The position numbers and the translations under genes were made by a program. The notes under the pieces are model-generated. The model was given only the letters and a program-made list of their open reading frames with translations. It did not search any database and was not told the DNA's origin. Shown here piece by piece: positions 52,436 through 63,147 of a DNA stretch of 64,000 bases (position 1 is the first letter of the stretch; every line of letters begins with the position of its first letter). Source of the stretch: Promethearchaeota archaeon (GTDB lineage Archaea; Asgardarchaeota; Lokiarchaeia; Sigyniarchaeales; SOKP01). The stretch lies in assembly GCA_019057865.1 (NCBI GenBank), contig JAHLWP010000006.1:1-64000 (forward strand), given 5' to 3'.

Positions 52436-53317
52436 TTAATCATTACCCTCCACGATCTCACTGGTTTTATTTTTTATAAAATCTCTAATGAAATTGATCA
52501 ATTTATCTTTTGAAAATAAGTCATTTGGACATTGAATTCCTGATTTTTTTAAAGCTAAATTAAGTTGATGAGTTTGGGGTAATATTAAAGATGCTTTTTC
52601 AACTAATATTTGATTGCCTAATACTTTTTCTGTAGGCCCATCAGCCAAAATTAGTCCATCTGCCATTAAAATCGTTCTTGGTATATGTTCATTGGCAAAT
52701 TCAATGTTATGAGTAACTATTATTATTGTTTTTCCTTTCTTCCTTTTGTTTTTAATTAAATTAATTAAAAATTCTATTTCTCTTCCATCTTGTCCCAATG
52801 TAGGTTCATCAAATACTATAATATCAGGATCTCTGCAGATTATGGAAGCCAGAGCTAATTTTTTTGCTTCTCCACCAGATAAATTAAGTGGAGATCTATT
52901 TCTATACTTTTCAAGGTTAAATTCTTTTAATATTTCATTTGTCTTGTTTTGAATTTCTTCTTTAGTGAACTCAAAACTTTTTAATGAGAATTCAATCTCA
53001 TCCTTTACAGAGTTTGAAAATAATTGATGCAATGGATTTTGAAAAATTACACCTACTTTTTTAGATAAAGTTGCTATACTTTTAGAAGCAATATTTTCGC
53101 CATAAAGGTATATTGCTCCATTTGTTGGACGGATTAACCCATTTAAAGTCCTGATTAGAGTTGTTTTTCCAGCTCCATTCTTACCCATTATTCCTATTAA
53201 TTCTTTATTATCGATTTTCAAATTAATATTTCTTAATGCTTTGGTCCCGTTGGGATAAGTAAAATCTACATTATCTATAAGAATTAAGGGTAATTGTTTC
53301 TCTATATCCTTCACCAA
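52436..53317 (-). CDS. ecfA2: ECF transporter ATPase
   Basis: GKNGAGKT, FQNP, LSGGE, DEPT. Confidence 0.88.
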   Translation of the reverse strand: MVKDIEKQLPLILIDNVDFTYPNGTKALRNINLKIDNKELIGIMGKNGAGKTTLIRTLNGLIRPTNGAIYLYGENIASKSIATLSKKVGVIFQNPLHQLFSNSVKDEIEFSLKSFEFTKEEIQNKTNEILKEFNLEKYRNRSPLNLSGGEAKKLALASIICRDPDIIVFDEPTLGQDGREIEFLINLIKNKRKKGKTIIIVTHNIEFANEHIPRTILMADGLILADGPTEKVLGNQILVEKASLILPQTHQLNLALKKSGIQCPNDLFSKDKLINFIRDFIKNKTSEIVEGND

Positions 53318-53326
53318 CCTGTTTAA

Positions 53327-54163
53327 TCATAAACCTTTTAAATAATTGATTACCTTAGAAATGGAAGCGGGTATATATTGATTAAATAATTTCTCTTCTT
53401 TTAATTGATTGAAAATTGAATAAATGACAGGTTTATTTAATCTTAATGTTTGAAAATTAATACCATTAATAATTTTATTACTATTATCATGTTCAATTAA
53501 GTTTCCGTCTTTCATTAAAATTAATTCATCTGCAAATGGCAGGACTAAATCTAAACGATGTTCACTAATCAATATAGTTATCTGTTTTTCTATTTGAATT
53601 TCTTTTAACAATTCAATTATTTTTTTTGCCATATAAGGGTCCAATAAAGCAGTAGGTTCATCTAAAACAATGATTTTTGGTTCTAGTACTAAAATAGAAG
53701 CAATAGCTACTCTTTGTTGTTCACCACCACTTAATTCAAAGGGCGCTTTATTTAAAAGGTGTTCAATTTCTGTTATTTTAGTAACTTCTTTTATTTTCTT
53801 CGAAATTTCTCCAGATTCAATACCCAAATTCTCTAAACCGAAGGCAATTTCATGCTCTACATTCATTGCAACTAATTGATTCTCAGGATTTTGAAACACA
53901 ATGCCAACTTCAGTAGATAAATCTGCGATTGCCGTTATTGTTGTATCCTTTCCAGAGACTTCAACACTTCCCCTATAAAATCCTGAATAAAATTGAGGGA
54001 TTAAACCATTCATGCATCTAATTAACGTTGTTTTACCAGATCCCGTTTCTCCACAGAGTAATATAAACTTATTGTCTTCGATCTTTAAATTAATATTGTT
54101 TAATGCATACTCTTCATTCCCTTTATATCGATAGTAGAAGTTTTTATATTCAATTAAAGTCAT
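53327..54163 (-). CDS. ecfA1: ECF transporter ATPase
   Basis: GETGSGKT, FQNPENQ, LSGGEQQR, DEPT. Confidence 0.88.
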   Translation of the reverse strand: MTLIEYKNFYYRYKGNEEYALNNINLKIEDNKFILLCGETGSGKTTLIRCMNGLIPQFYSGFYRGSVEVSGKDTTITAIADLSTEVGIVFQNPENQLVAMNVEHEIAFGLENLGIESGEISKKIKEVTKITEIEHLLNKAPFELSGGEQQRVAIASILVLEPKIIVLDEPTALLDPYMAKKIIELLKEIQIEKQITILISEHRLDLVLPFADELILMKDGNLIEHDNSNKIINGINFQTLRLNKPVIYSIFNQLKEEKLFNQYIPASISKVINYLKGL

Positions 54164-54205
54164 GCTTACAGAAAATTCATTTCCACTTTTGATTATTAAT
54201 AATAT

Positions 54206-55219
54206 CTATTCATTTAAAACTTGTTTAATTTTCTCAATGATTTTATCTAAAATATTTTTTACTTCCATTTTGCAAGTTAAAGATGCCGCACCATCATGTC
54301 CACCACCACTTCCTCCACAATATTTTGATATTTCTTCTAAAATCTTGCCAACATGTAAACCTGTTCTTAAACAAAGGTTTTTTTTTGCCCTTATTGTAAT
54401 TATTGATTCTAACTTTTCTTTTGAATGTACAATACCAATATCAAATCCTACTTTAATCAACATCGATGCAATATTAGATCCGTAACTACTAACATTTGTT
54501 ATTCCAATTAAATAATCTCCTTCACGATATAGTTCCACTCTTTGTAAGCCCTTTATTTTTGCTATTTTCTCAGACAGATCTGCCTCTGTCTCAAGTAATA
54601 ATTTTATATCTTGAATATCTAAATCATTATCCAATAAGTTACTTACGTTTTTAATGGTTCTATTGTTTCCATATCTAAAGTAACCTGTGTCTGTTAAAAT
54701 AGCAGCAGCTATAAGATATCTAATTGGAAGAGTTAATTTTAAGTTCTTCTTTTCAAGTAACTCTAAAATAATTTCTGCCGTAGAAGAAAAGTTCTCAAAT
54801 ATTAAATTTAATGGATTTAAAGTATCTAAATTATTTTTCTTTTCTATATAATGATGGTCTATAAAAATAAAGGGAATTTTAGATCCTGAAATTTCGAAAT
54901 TTCTATCTAAAGCTGTTTGGCTTGTTTTATTCGTATCTAATATTAAACAGACGTTAAAATTTGATAAATTAATGGATTTCTCATAAAAAAAGTTAAAATC
55001 AAGGAACTTTTCACAGAATTTTTTCATAAATTCTTTTGTAGGTTTTAAAAGGTCTGAAAAAATTATAGAGACTTGTTGATTTTTAAAGTATTGGTTTAAA
55101 AAATATTTTAACCCATAGCAAGATGCTAAACCATCAATATCAACTAAATCATGAGTTGTAATCAAAATTTTTTTATTTTTTAAATATGCTAGAAAAGCAC
55201 TAAATTCATTAGTGAACAT
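54206..55219 (-). CDS. DHH family phosphoesterase (exosome-associated NrnA-like)
   Basis: THDLVDID, IDHH, TDTG, GGGH. Confidence 0.9.
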   Translation of the reverse strand: MFTNEFSAFLAYLKNKKILITTHDLVDIDGLASCYGLKYFLNQYFKNQQVSIIFSDLLKPTKEFMKKFCEKFLDFNFFYEKSINLSNFNVCLILDTNKTSQTALDRNFEISGSKIPFIFIDHHYIEKKNNLDTLNPLNLIFENFSSTAEIILELLEKKNLKLTLPIRYLIAAAILTDTGYFRYGNNRTIKNVSNLLDNDLDIQDIKLLLETEADLSEKIAKIKGLQRVELYREGDYLIGITNVSSYGSNIASMLIKVGFDIGIVHSKEKLESIITIRAKKNLCLRTGLHVGKILEEISKYCGGSGGGHDGAASLTCKMEVKNILDKIIEKIKQVLNE

Positions 55220-55374
55220 AAATTTGAAAAATCAATTATTATATTATTAAAATTATTTAGAACCTAATTAATTAAGTTTTTTTATATAAATAGAAAAGTT
55301 AATTTAAAATTAAAAATTAAGATTATTAAATTAGTTATCAAGGTTATTCATGCCTGTAATTTGAAGTGATTTGA

Positions 55375-55665
55375 ATGCCCAGTAAAAAGGTTGGAATCAG
55401 TGGTCGGTTTAAGGCGAGATACGGTGCTACTCTCAGAAAAAGATGGAGACTGATCATGGAAAAACAAAAAGTTGATAGTATACGATGCCCTAAATGTGAA
55501 ACAAGAGGATCAATTTATCGTGTCTCTGTAGGTATTTGGCATTGTAAAAAGTGTAACGCAAAGTTTACTGGTGGTGCTTATAATATAGAAACACCTCGAG
55601 GTGCAGAATCTTTTCGCGTTGCAAAACGCAAGCAGAGAGAATCAGAAGTAATTGAGGAAGAATGA
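55375..55665 (+). CDS. rpl37ae: Ribosomal protein L37Ae (eL43)
   Basis: GRFKARYG, CPKC, GIWHCKKC, GGAY. Confidence 0.95.
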   Translation: MPSKKVGISGRFKARYGATLRKRWRLIMEKQKVDSIRCPKCETRGSIYRVSVGIWHCKKCNAKFTGGAYNIETPRGAESFRVAKRKQRESEVIEEE

Positions 55666-55934
55666 ATCGTACTAATTATTTTACTATAAAAGCTACAATT
55701 GAAATAATATTTAAGAATCCTCAATTACGTGATATTTCTTATAACTCTTTCTCCCCAGAATTCAAGAGGTTACAAACAAAGAGATCAGTAGTTTTAATGG
55801 AAAAAAAGAGTAATAATTCTTTATCATTTCAAATAGAGAGTCAAGATATTACTGCTTTTAGAGCAACATTTAATGAGATCATAAGTTTTGGGAAAATAAT
55901 TGATAATACATTAAAAATTACTGATAATTCATAA
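55662..55934 (+). CDS. pcc1: KEOPS subunit Pcc1
   Basis: SPE...KRS...IESQDITAFRATFN; located between rpl37ae and pfdB. Confidence 0.85.
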   Translation: MNRTNYFTIKATIEIIFKNPQLRDISYNSFSPEFKRLQTKRSVVLMEKKSNNSLSFQIESQDITAFRATFNEIISFGKIIDNTLKITDNS

Positions 55935-56002
55935 GAAAAGGATTTATTATTTAATATATAAAATAATTTATTGATATAATAAACATAGAGTAATGGAAAA
56001 GT

Positions 56003-56365
56003 ATGACTATAAATCTGAACGAGTTAGATGAAGAACAAAGAAAGAAAATAATTAATTTAAACAATCTACAACAATCCTTTGAATTTATAACAACTCAAAG
56101 AATTCAGCTTGAAAGCAATCTCAGGGATACAGAGATAGCTATAGAGGAGTTAGAAAAAATTAATCCAGATGATGCTGTATACAAGGTAATAGGAGGAATT
56201 TTGTTAAAGAGTGAGAAAAATAAATTATTAGATGAGAAAAAAAGTTTGAAAGTTACTTTGGAGATGCGATTGAAAACATTGAAGCAAAAAGAAGAACGTG
56301 TAAAGAATCAAATCGAGACTATGAGAAAGTCTCTACAAGCCGACTTTCAAGCTAAAGGAGATTAA
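56003..56365 (+). CDS. pfdB: Prefoldin beta subunit
   Basis: Coiled coil with VYKVIGGILLK hairpin. Confidence 0.92.
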   Translation: MTINLNELDEEQRKKIINLNNLQQSFEFITTQRIQLESNLRDTEIAIEELEKINPDDAVYKVIGGILLKSEKNKLLDEKKSLKVTLEMRLKTLKQKEERVKNQIETMRKSLQADFQAKGD

Positions 56366-56495
56366 CTGGAGGAATTTTTATTTTTGAATTTCTCACATAC
56401 TATTTTTTTCCAGTGCATTAGTATATTAAATAACTTGAATTTTTTATTCTCTTTTTGCTTAAATAAGTTTAAAAAAAAAATTTAGTTTAAAAAAA

Positions 56496-57323
56496 TTATT
56501 TATATTTCGCTTTATATTGCCAAAGATTCAAATCTTTTCTAAATTTCTTACCAATTTCTAATGATTTGTCACCTAACATTTTAAGATCATCTATGGAAAA
56601 GGTAGCAGCTCCACTTTTTTGAATTGAAGTTATCTTATCTTCTGTAACTGATATTGAAATTCTACCATCACACACTAATTCTTCCGGTAAATTGGGGTCT
56701 AAAAAGATAATATCGCCAATTTTGCCATAAGTAATTACCATAGGTAATTCATTTACTATTGATTCTCCAGTAAAATATTTACCTGTCCACTCAAGATTAC
56801 CATTCTCAATTTTTCCTTCAGGAATATGAGCTGATATTAATGTTGTAAGAGCACTTATTCCTCCTGCATCAATTAGATTTCCATCATAATTCATAACATA
56901 CATATCAATAAATAATATATATACAGCTTCATTTTCTTTGATACAAAGCTTCTTAGTCTGAACACAATCTGCATGTCTAATTCCACGATCAACTACCCTA
57001 GCTAATTCAATTGACTGTTCATCAGGGGGTCCCCTTTCAAATAGGGGAGAGGCTAGAGGTAACAATTCAGCCATGACAGTACAAACTCCTTCATTTGGAA
57101 GATCGGGAAATGGTTTACCAACTTCATATTTCAAGCCTGTAATTATCCTTGTTTCACCAAGACAAACATCTGCAGAACCTTCAGCTGAAGAGATTATATC
57201 GCTTTGTATTTTAAACTTACGGTAATCCCAAAGCCCTCTACCATCAATTCTCTCTTGCTTTCTTAAATTATTTATTATGTAATTTTTTTCAATTTTTGAA
57301 ATGACTCTTTTAACATCCATCAT
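56496..57323 (-). CDS. rrp42: Exosome subunit Rrp42
   Basis: RIDGR, GPPDEQSIELARVVDRGIR, DGNLID. Confidence 0.95.
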   Translation of the reverse strand: MMDVKRVISKIEKNYIINNLRKQERIDGRGLWDYRKFKIQSDIISSAEGSADVCLGETRIITGLKYEVGKPFPDLPNEGVCTVMAELLPLASPLFERGPPDEQSIELARVVDRGIRHADCVQTKKLCIKENEAVYILFIDMYVMNYDGNLIDAGGISALTTLISAHIPEGKIENGNLEWTGKYFTGESIVNELPMVITYGKIGDIIFLDPNLPEELVCDGRISISVTEDKITSIQKSGAATFSIDDLKMLGDKSLEIGKKFRKDLNLWQYKAKYK

Positions 57324-57325
57324 TT

Positions 57326-58111
57326 TTAACTTTCACCCTGATTCTCTTTATTTACTATTATTTCATCACTTTTTTCTTGTATTGTTAGAAACTTGCTTTT
57401 AAGAGCGTCTAATTGAATTTGATGAATTCTTCCAAGAGCATCTTTAGCTAGATCTAAAAATTCGCTCATCTCATTCAAATCCATATTTCCATCAAATTGT
57501 AATAACGATATTTCTTTATTATACCATGTTATTGCACACGGTAGATCTGCTTCGCCTGCTTTATCTTCAATTCCAGATAGATCAACTACAATTTTTCCAT
57601 CAATTTTTCCCACAGCGACAGCCGATACCAAACTTTTCATAGGAATTCCCGCGTCTGCTAATGCTAAAGCTGCACCAGTAGTACTTGCACATCTTGTTCC
57701 ACCATCAGCATCTATAACTTCAATAAACACTTCAAAACTCGTACCAGGATATAATTCAAGAAAAAGGATAGGTTCTATGCAGTCTGAAATTATCATTGAA
57801 ATCTCCTTTTCTCGTCGTCCAGGAGCAGGTCTTTTTCTATCAAACACTGAATAAGTAGCCATTCTATAAAAAACTCTTAAAATTCCTCGATCTGGTTTAG
57901 CTAAATGATGGGGATGAACTTCTCTTGGCCCGTAAACAGCAACAAAAATTTTATTGTTTCCCCATTCCAAATATGCTGATCCATCAGCATTCTTTATAAC
58001 ACCTACTTCCATCTTGATGGGTCTTACCTCATTCTTTTCTCTACCATCAAGTCTTTTACCATCTTCCCGGAATAAAACCTCAGGATATTCATCTTTAATT
58101 ATTAAAGGCAT
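57326..58111 (-). CDS. rrp41: Exosome subunit Rrp41
   Basis: RLDGR, ADGSAY, YGPRE, ADGGTR. Confidence 0.95.
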   Translation of the reverse strand: MPLIIKDEYPEVLFREDGKRLDGREKNEVRPIKMEVGVIKNADGSAYLEWGNNKIFVAVYGPREVHPHHLAKPDRGILRVFYRMATYSVFDRKRPAPGRREKEISMIISDCIEPILFLELYPGTSFEVFIEVIDADGGTRCASTTGAALALADAGIPMKSLVSAVAVGKIDGKIVVDLSGIEDKAGEADLPCAITWYNKEISLLQFDGNMDLNEMSEFLDLAKDALGRIHQIQLDALKSKFLTIQEKSDEIIVNKENQGES

Positions 58112-58888
58112 TTATTTGATACCTCTTTTCTCTTTTTCTTTTATAATAAATTCTTGCATTCTATCTGTTAAGCCCATAGTGTGAGCTTCTGATGCAATTT
58201 TATAAATAGATTCAATAACTAACCTCTCATGAGCTAAATCTTCGCCCTTTAACCAAATTCGACCATTTTGCGTAACAAAGATATTACAATTCGTTAAATT
58301 TTTTAACATTTTAATCATGGATCCACTACGACCAATCACTCTTGGAATTTTTGGTGGATCTATAGAAATTACAATTCCATTCGATTTTTTGCCTAAATAT
58401 TTTCCAATAGTGGTTAATTCAGGTTTATTTAGACGATCTGCTGAAAGTATTTTTACAATTAAGATATCTCCAATGTCAAATTTATCAGTGGATAATCTTT
58501 CATGTTCAAAATCCTTTCCTCTCCCTCCACGGATTCTCCCCTTTCTTTCCGTATTCTTAGGTTTAAGTTGAGCATAGTCTTTAGCGTTTATATCACATTT
58601 ATATTTAACAGGATTCTTGTCGACTACAAGAGCAATTGCCTTATCTCCAGGACGTGGGGTATAGAACCCTCTTAAAGGAATGACATTTATATAATTCTTT
58701 TTAATTTGTTTTAATCCTATATTTAAGGATATAATTTTATCTCCTTCGTTATTTAAAATTGTGCCTCTTCCAGGTAAAAAATTCTTTGTATCTTCTGTTA
58801 ATACTTCTCCAGGAACTACAAGATCTCTAGTAGTTTCTTCATCTTCAAACTCATCGAGTTCTTCGGTCTGATCTTTATCATTTTCCAT
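58112..58888 (-). CDS. rrp4: Exosome RNA-binding subunit Rrp4
   Basis: VVPGE, S1 and KH domains (PRVIGRSGSM, QNGRIW). Confidence 0.93.
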   Translation of the reverse strand: MENDKDQTEELDEFEDEETTRDLVVPGEVLTEDTKNFLPGRGTILNNEGDKIISLNIGLKQIKKNYINVIPLRGFYTPRPGDKAIALVVDKNPVKYKCDINAKDYAQLKPKNTERKGRIRGGRGKDFEHERLSTDKFDIGDILIVKILSADRLNKPELTTIGKYLGKKSNGIVISIDPPKIPRVIGRSGSMIKMLKNLTNCNIFVTQNGRIWLKGEDLAHERLVIESIYKIASEAHTMGLTDRMQEFIIKEKEKRGIK

Positions 58889-58977
58889 TATAATTTTTCA
58901 CTTTTCGTTAATAATTATTCATTACCTAACCTATATAAAAAAATAACATAAATCAGAATTAATAAAAACCTTTTAGG

Positions 58978-59769
58978 TTAGGATTTTAAGAGTTTAGTTT
59001 GAACTCTTCCATGTGTTAATTTATTTAACTTGTCTATTAATTCAATTTGAAAACCTGCTGGTAAAGAAATTACAGATACCCAAGAACCATCAGATTGCCA
59101 TTCCCCCTTCTTAATTTGAGCATATTGAGCAACAATATTGTAACCTTTTGCTGTAAAAGTTGAAGGTATTTTAATCGCCATCTCTACTTGTTCCATTCGG
59201 ATTGGAATTATGGCTCTTATGCTTTTTACAATATCATCAACTTGTTCTTCAGCACTTCTCATTAAATCTATATTAACTTTTGCTTCTTCAATAGCTTTTT
59301 CAATTCTTTGATAAGGATGTGGTTTTTTATTCTGTGGGTTTATAGCGTTTTTACTAATGATATTTATAATTTGCTTTAATTTTTTGCTTCTTTCCTCTTC
59401 TCGTTGAGCTTTTGTCCAGTGAATTTCTCCATCTAATAATATAAAAGCAGCAATTTTCATACCCTCAGTAGTTTCGAAAACAGCCTCCATATCTCCATCA
59501 GTAGCTTTTTTACCCCTTCTTAAATCTTCAAATACCGTGAAACTTTCAAAAATTAATTCTAAATCAATTTTTTGATCATTTAATAATTCATCACCAGTCA
59601 TTCGCGACTTTACATTACCTGCCTTTAATCTTTTATCGATTTCTTCACGAATAATTTTTTTAGCTTCCCATGCTTTCTCTGGATCCATTAACATTTCGAA
59701 TGTTCTTCCTGATTTTTCAATGCGTCCAATGATTAAACCGCCTAAGTCTATTCTTGCTCTATCTATCAT
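58978..59769 (-). CDS. sdo1: Ribosome maturation factor SBDS/Sdo1
   Basis: NPQNKKPHP..RIEKA, IPIR, W.SDGSW. Confidence 0.93.
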   Translation of the reverse strand: MIDRARIDLGGLIIGRIEKSGRTFEMLMDPEKAWEAKKIIREEIDKRLKAGNVKSRMTGDELLNDQKIDLELIFESFTVFEDLRRGKKATDGDMEAVFETTEGMKIAAFILLDGEIHWTKAQREEERSKKLKQIINIISKNAINPQNKKPHPYQRIEKAIEEAKVNIDLMRSAEEQVDDIVKSIRAIIPIRMEQVEMAIKIPSTFTAKGYNIVAQYAQIKKGEWQSDGSWVSVISLPAGFQIELIDKLNKLTHGRVQTKLLKS

Positions 59770-59898
59770 ATTGTGATTTCACATTCTGTTGATTATATTA
59801 CCTAGATTTTCCTTCTTTGCCAATTTTTTGCCTTTGCGTTAAAAGATAAATGTAAAGAGCTTTTACCTTGATATTACCTATAAATTATATTAGATTAA

Positions 59899-60615
59899 TT
59901 ATAATTTATTTAATAATTCCTCCTTTTCATCAAAACTAAGTAGCCTAAAAGTTTTATCTTCCTTCAAAATAAAGGCTACATCACAGGTATTTTTATTTAA
60001 ATTATCTCCCATAAGTTCTTTTAAAGCTCTTAATGGTAATAATTTTAATTCCTCATCTATTATATCTTCTTTATAATGTTCTTCAAGGTATACTCTTGCT
60101 TCTGTTGCTCCGGAACCAATCGCGAATGCGTAATATGACCACATTGCACCACTAGGATCCGTTAAATAAAGGGATGGACCATTACCATCAACTCCAGAAA
60201 TCAGAAACGACACACCGAATGGTCTAACACCCGCATTCTGGGTAAAGACCTGTTTGTATTCGCATATATTTAATGTGCTGTCCTTCACGGAAATCTTCTC
60301 ATCATAATTCAATAAATTAATTTGAGCTTGAACCCTGGCTCTATCAATTAAAACTCGGGCATCAGCGGTAAGTCCCGCGATGGCTACCCCAATATGATCA
60401 TCAATTTTAAATATTTTCTCTGACCCTAGGGTTTCCTCTTGTAATTGAGAGCTCTTTTTCTCAACCGCAAATACAACTGAATTTTTATTTCTACATACTA
60501 TTGCGGTAGTACCCCTTCGAACGGCTTCAATAGCATATTCTACTTGAAATAGCCGTCCTTCAGGTGAAAATTGGGTTATGGCCATATCATATCCTCTTCC
60601 CGCTTGCTGGAACAT
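59899..60615 (-). CDS. psmA: Proteasome alpha subunit
   Basis: YDMAITQFSPEGRLFQVEYA, RPFGVS. Confidence 0.97.
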   Translation of the reverse strand: MFQQAGRGYDMAITQFSPEGRLFQVEYAIEAVRRGTTAIVCRNKNSVVFAVEKKSSQLQEETLGSEKIFKIDDHIGVAIAGLTADARVLIDRARVQAQINLLNYDEKISVKDSTLNICEYKQVFTQNAGVRPFGVSFLISGVDGNGPSLYLTDPSGAMWSYYAFAIGSGATEARVYLEEHYKEDIIDEELKLLPLRALKELMGDNLNKNTCDVAFILKEDKTFRLLSFDEKEELLNKL

Positions 60616-60770
60616 TCTAATCCACCTAAAAGATTTTTATTTGTTTTTTAAATTTATATTATTTTTTTATTACTGATTAAAAAGTAGTAATAAACGATAT
60701 AATAAATATTTTTTTTATATAATTTAAAAATAGAATTCAATTAAATAGGTTATATTCTATTGTATCATTT

Positions 60771-61751
60771 TTATTGATTGTTTTCTTTTATTTCTTCTGT
60801 TTTTTCAACCTTGGATTTTTTTCGCTTTTCTTTAATTTTTTGAAGAGTTATACCTCGTAGATTTATCATTTTTCTTATAAAAATAAATGATGCTAATGCT
60901 ATACCAAACAAATAAAAGATATTAATTGTCCAAAACATATTAGAAATTTCAGTGTAAAAATTCAAGTTAAAAATTGGTGAAAGAGTAGCTATTATTCCAA
61001 TACATGACATTGCAATGATTATAGCTATTTTTTCATAATTTTTAGGCTCCCCATCTAAAAATTCAAAAATACCTAACCAGAACATAACACAAATAAAGGT
61101 TATGGGTGAAAAAGTTAAGGATCCAGCTGCGATTATTAATAAGAAATATACTGCAAACTTACTCTGCCATAAATTTAGCAATTCCTTTATTGTCATTTGA
61201 TCTTGGATCTGTACTTTTGCGTAATCTTTTCTAAATTTAAAATATCTTTTTTTAATTCCTCTTCCTACTTTCTTTACTGATTTTTTAAATCCCTGAAATT
61301 TTCCTTGTTCTACTGCTTTTTCGAATTGTTCACTAATTATTGGAATTATGTATAAATTAATAAGTAAAGAGGCGATTCCATAAACAAATAAAATCAAATC
61401 AATCCAAAAGATAAAATTATCTTGGGAAAACAATTCAGGATCAAGGTAACTTGAAATTACCTGAAATATAGCCCATATAATTAATATAATCGGAATAACA
61501 ATCTGAGCAATTACAATATTTTTAATGATTTTTTCATTTTTACCAATCTTTTCTTTTGTTTTATCTAACAATAGTAAAAATCCATTAGAAATGCTAAGGA
61601 TCAAACCAAATCCAGCTAGAAATTTAACAACCCAGAAAAAGATTAAAAATGTAAAATTCACCTTTAAAATTCCAAATAAAATAAGAAGCATAAGAATTGT
61701 TGTAGCAACTAAACCAATAATATAAATTATGAGGTAATTTCTATCATTCAT
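60771..61751 (-). CDS. Hypothetical multi-pass membrane protein
   Basis: About 7 hydrophobic segments. Confidence 0.65.
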   Translation of the reverse strand: MNDRNYLIIYIIGLVATTILMLLILFGILKVNFTFLIFFWVVKFLAGFGLILSISNGFLLLLDKTKEKIGKNEKIIKNIVIAQIVIPIILIIWAIFQVISSYLDPELFSQDNFIFWIDLILFVYGIASLLINLYIIPIISEQFEKAVEQGKFQGFKKSVKKVGRGIKKRYFKFRKDYAKVQIQDQMTIKELLNLWQSKFAVYFLLIIAAGSLTFSPITFICVMFWLGIFEFLDGEPKNYEKIAIIIAMSCIGIIATLSPIFNLNFYTEISNMFWTINIFYLFGIALASFIFIRKMINLRGITLQKIKEKRKKSKVEKTEEIKENNQ

Positions 61752-61799
61752 AAATAATGTAAAAAACGGTTAATTATAATGTTTTTCTAGTTAGTTGGA

Positions 61800-62171
61800 T
61801 TATGACCATGCAATTTTATTGATAAAGATTGACCATTCCAGCAATATCATACCTTCATCTCTGGTATGAGCAATAAGGTAATATCCCTCCCTAGTAATTG
61901 ACCCTACAATATTTCCTTTTCCAGCGCCAATATTTTTAGCGGCTAATTGGATATCGTCGTTTTTTAAAATAGCAAATCGGTGATTTTGAAACATAAGAGC
62001 GGTTTCTTTTGATTTCCAAGCCTTAAGGATTGCTTTTGCTTCTTCATTAGTTAAAGGAAAATCTCCAGACTTGAAGATTATATCTCCTTCTCCATTTAAA
62101 AGAAAAGTTTCTTCAACACCTTCATATTCGTTTAATGCATTTACCAAATAATCAAATCTGTTTTCATCCAT
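61800..62171 (-). CDS. Profilin-like protein (Asgard type)
   Basis: 123 aa; pattern G.IIFKS...AW...L.FQNHRFAIL...LAAKN..GKGNIVG resembles Asgard profilins. Confidence 0.65.
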   Translation of the reverse strand: MDENRFDYLVNALNEYEGVEETFLLNGEGDIIFKSGDFPLTNEEAKAILKAWKSKETALMFQNHRFAILKNDDIQLAAKNIGAGKGNIVGSITREGYYLIAHTRDEGMILLEWSIFINKIAWS

Positions 62172-62348
62172 ATTTTTTCAGCTTCTCAACAATTTTATCA
62201 TTAATTTTATTGAAAAGTAAAACTTTTGTAATTTAAATCTTTTTAGAACTATAGGTAAAATATTTTATAATTGCATCTAAATTATTTTACTCGAAATATA
62301 TTAATACTCTTTAAGTTAGATTGTTTACGTTAATTCAAAATTCACTTT

Positions 62349-63134
62349 ATGACAAAAAAAATCGTTCTATTTGATAAAATTTATAATATTTCTTCGGAAA
62401 AGAAGAAAAGAGATATATCTATTAGATATCTTAAATATTTGAATGAACGCATCAAAGGTTTTTCAAAAACATCTATAAATATCAATAAATTACGAAATTT
62501 TGATCACAGATTTGAGATTAATATCCATGGACAAGATGAGAATTTCATTTTTAATTTATTGCAAAAAGAGATAGGCACTATAATTGAATTCAAAGATGTA
62601 AAAGAAGGACAGATATATAAAGGATCAATGGTGGATGTCGGGAATGTTGGGTTTGGAATATTTGTTGATTGTGCAATCCTCAATCCAAAAGTAGATGTCT
62701 TAATTAATTTGCATTCTCTTCGAACTCAATTATGTAATGGTAAAGAAAAATCTTTAAGGCAAATTGTAAAAGCATATGATTTTATTGACCATTTTCCCGT
62801 TTATGTTAGAATTACCAGAATTGATGAGGTAAATAACAAATTACAAGGAGAACTAGACCAGAAATCACTAAAACTATTTAAGAAAATACTAAAGGAAAAT
62901 ATCGAAGGTGTATTTTTAAGTGGTGATACCAAGGGGCAATTTAAAAAAGCTTTAATTAAAAAAGGACATTTACGAGACATTATCTCAATAAAAAGGTTTG
63001 GATTTTTAGAAAACCTTGTATTATTAAAGAAAGATTCTGATGCCCCTGGAATTATTGCTCATATTGGTAGGGAATTAAAAAATTGTAAATTAAGCGCTTT
63101 AAGACCTGAAAGAATAAAAAAATTACTAGATTAA
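62349..63134 (+). CDS. DUF2110 family protein
   Basis: VGNVGFGIFVD, GHLRDI..I.RFGFLE...K..SDAPGI...IG. Confidence 0.8.
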   Translation: MTKKIVLFDKIYNISSEKKKRDISIRYLKYLNERIKGFSKTSININKLRNFDHRFEINIHGQDENFIFNLLQKEIGTIIEFKDVKEGQIYKGSMVDVGNVGFGIFVDCAILNPKVDVLINLHSLRTQLCNGKEKSLRQIVKAYDFIDHFPVYVRITRIDEVNNKLQGELDQKSLKLFKKILKENIEGVFLSGDTKGQFKKALIKKGHLRDIISIKRFGFLENLVLLKKDSDAPGIIAHIGRELKNCKLSALRPERIKKLLD

Positions 63135-63147
63135 TTTAGAAAAATGA

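Noticed and set aside
59560-59670. About 20-aa insertion in SBDS with an 8-bp stem
   Set aside because: The flanks do not form a BHB, and it reads as a normal in-frame helical insertion.
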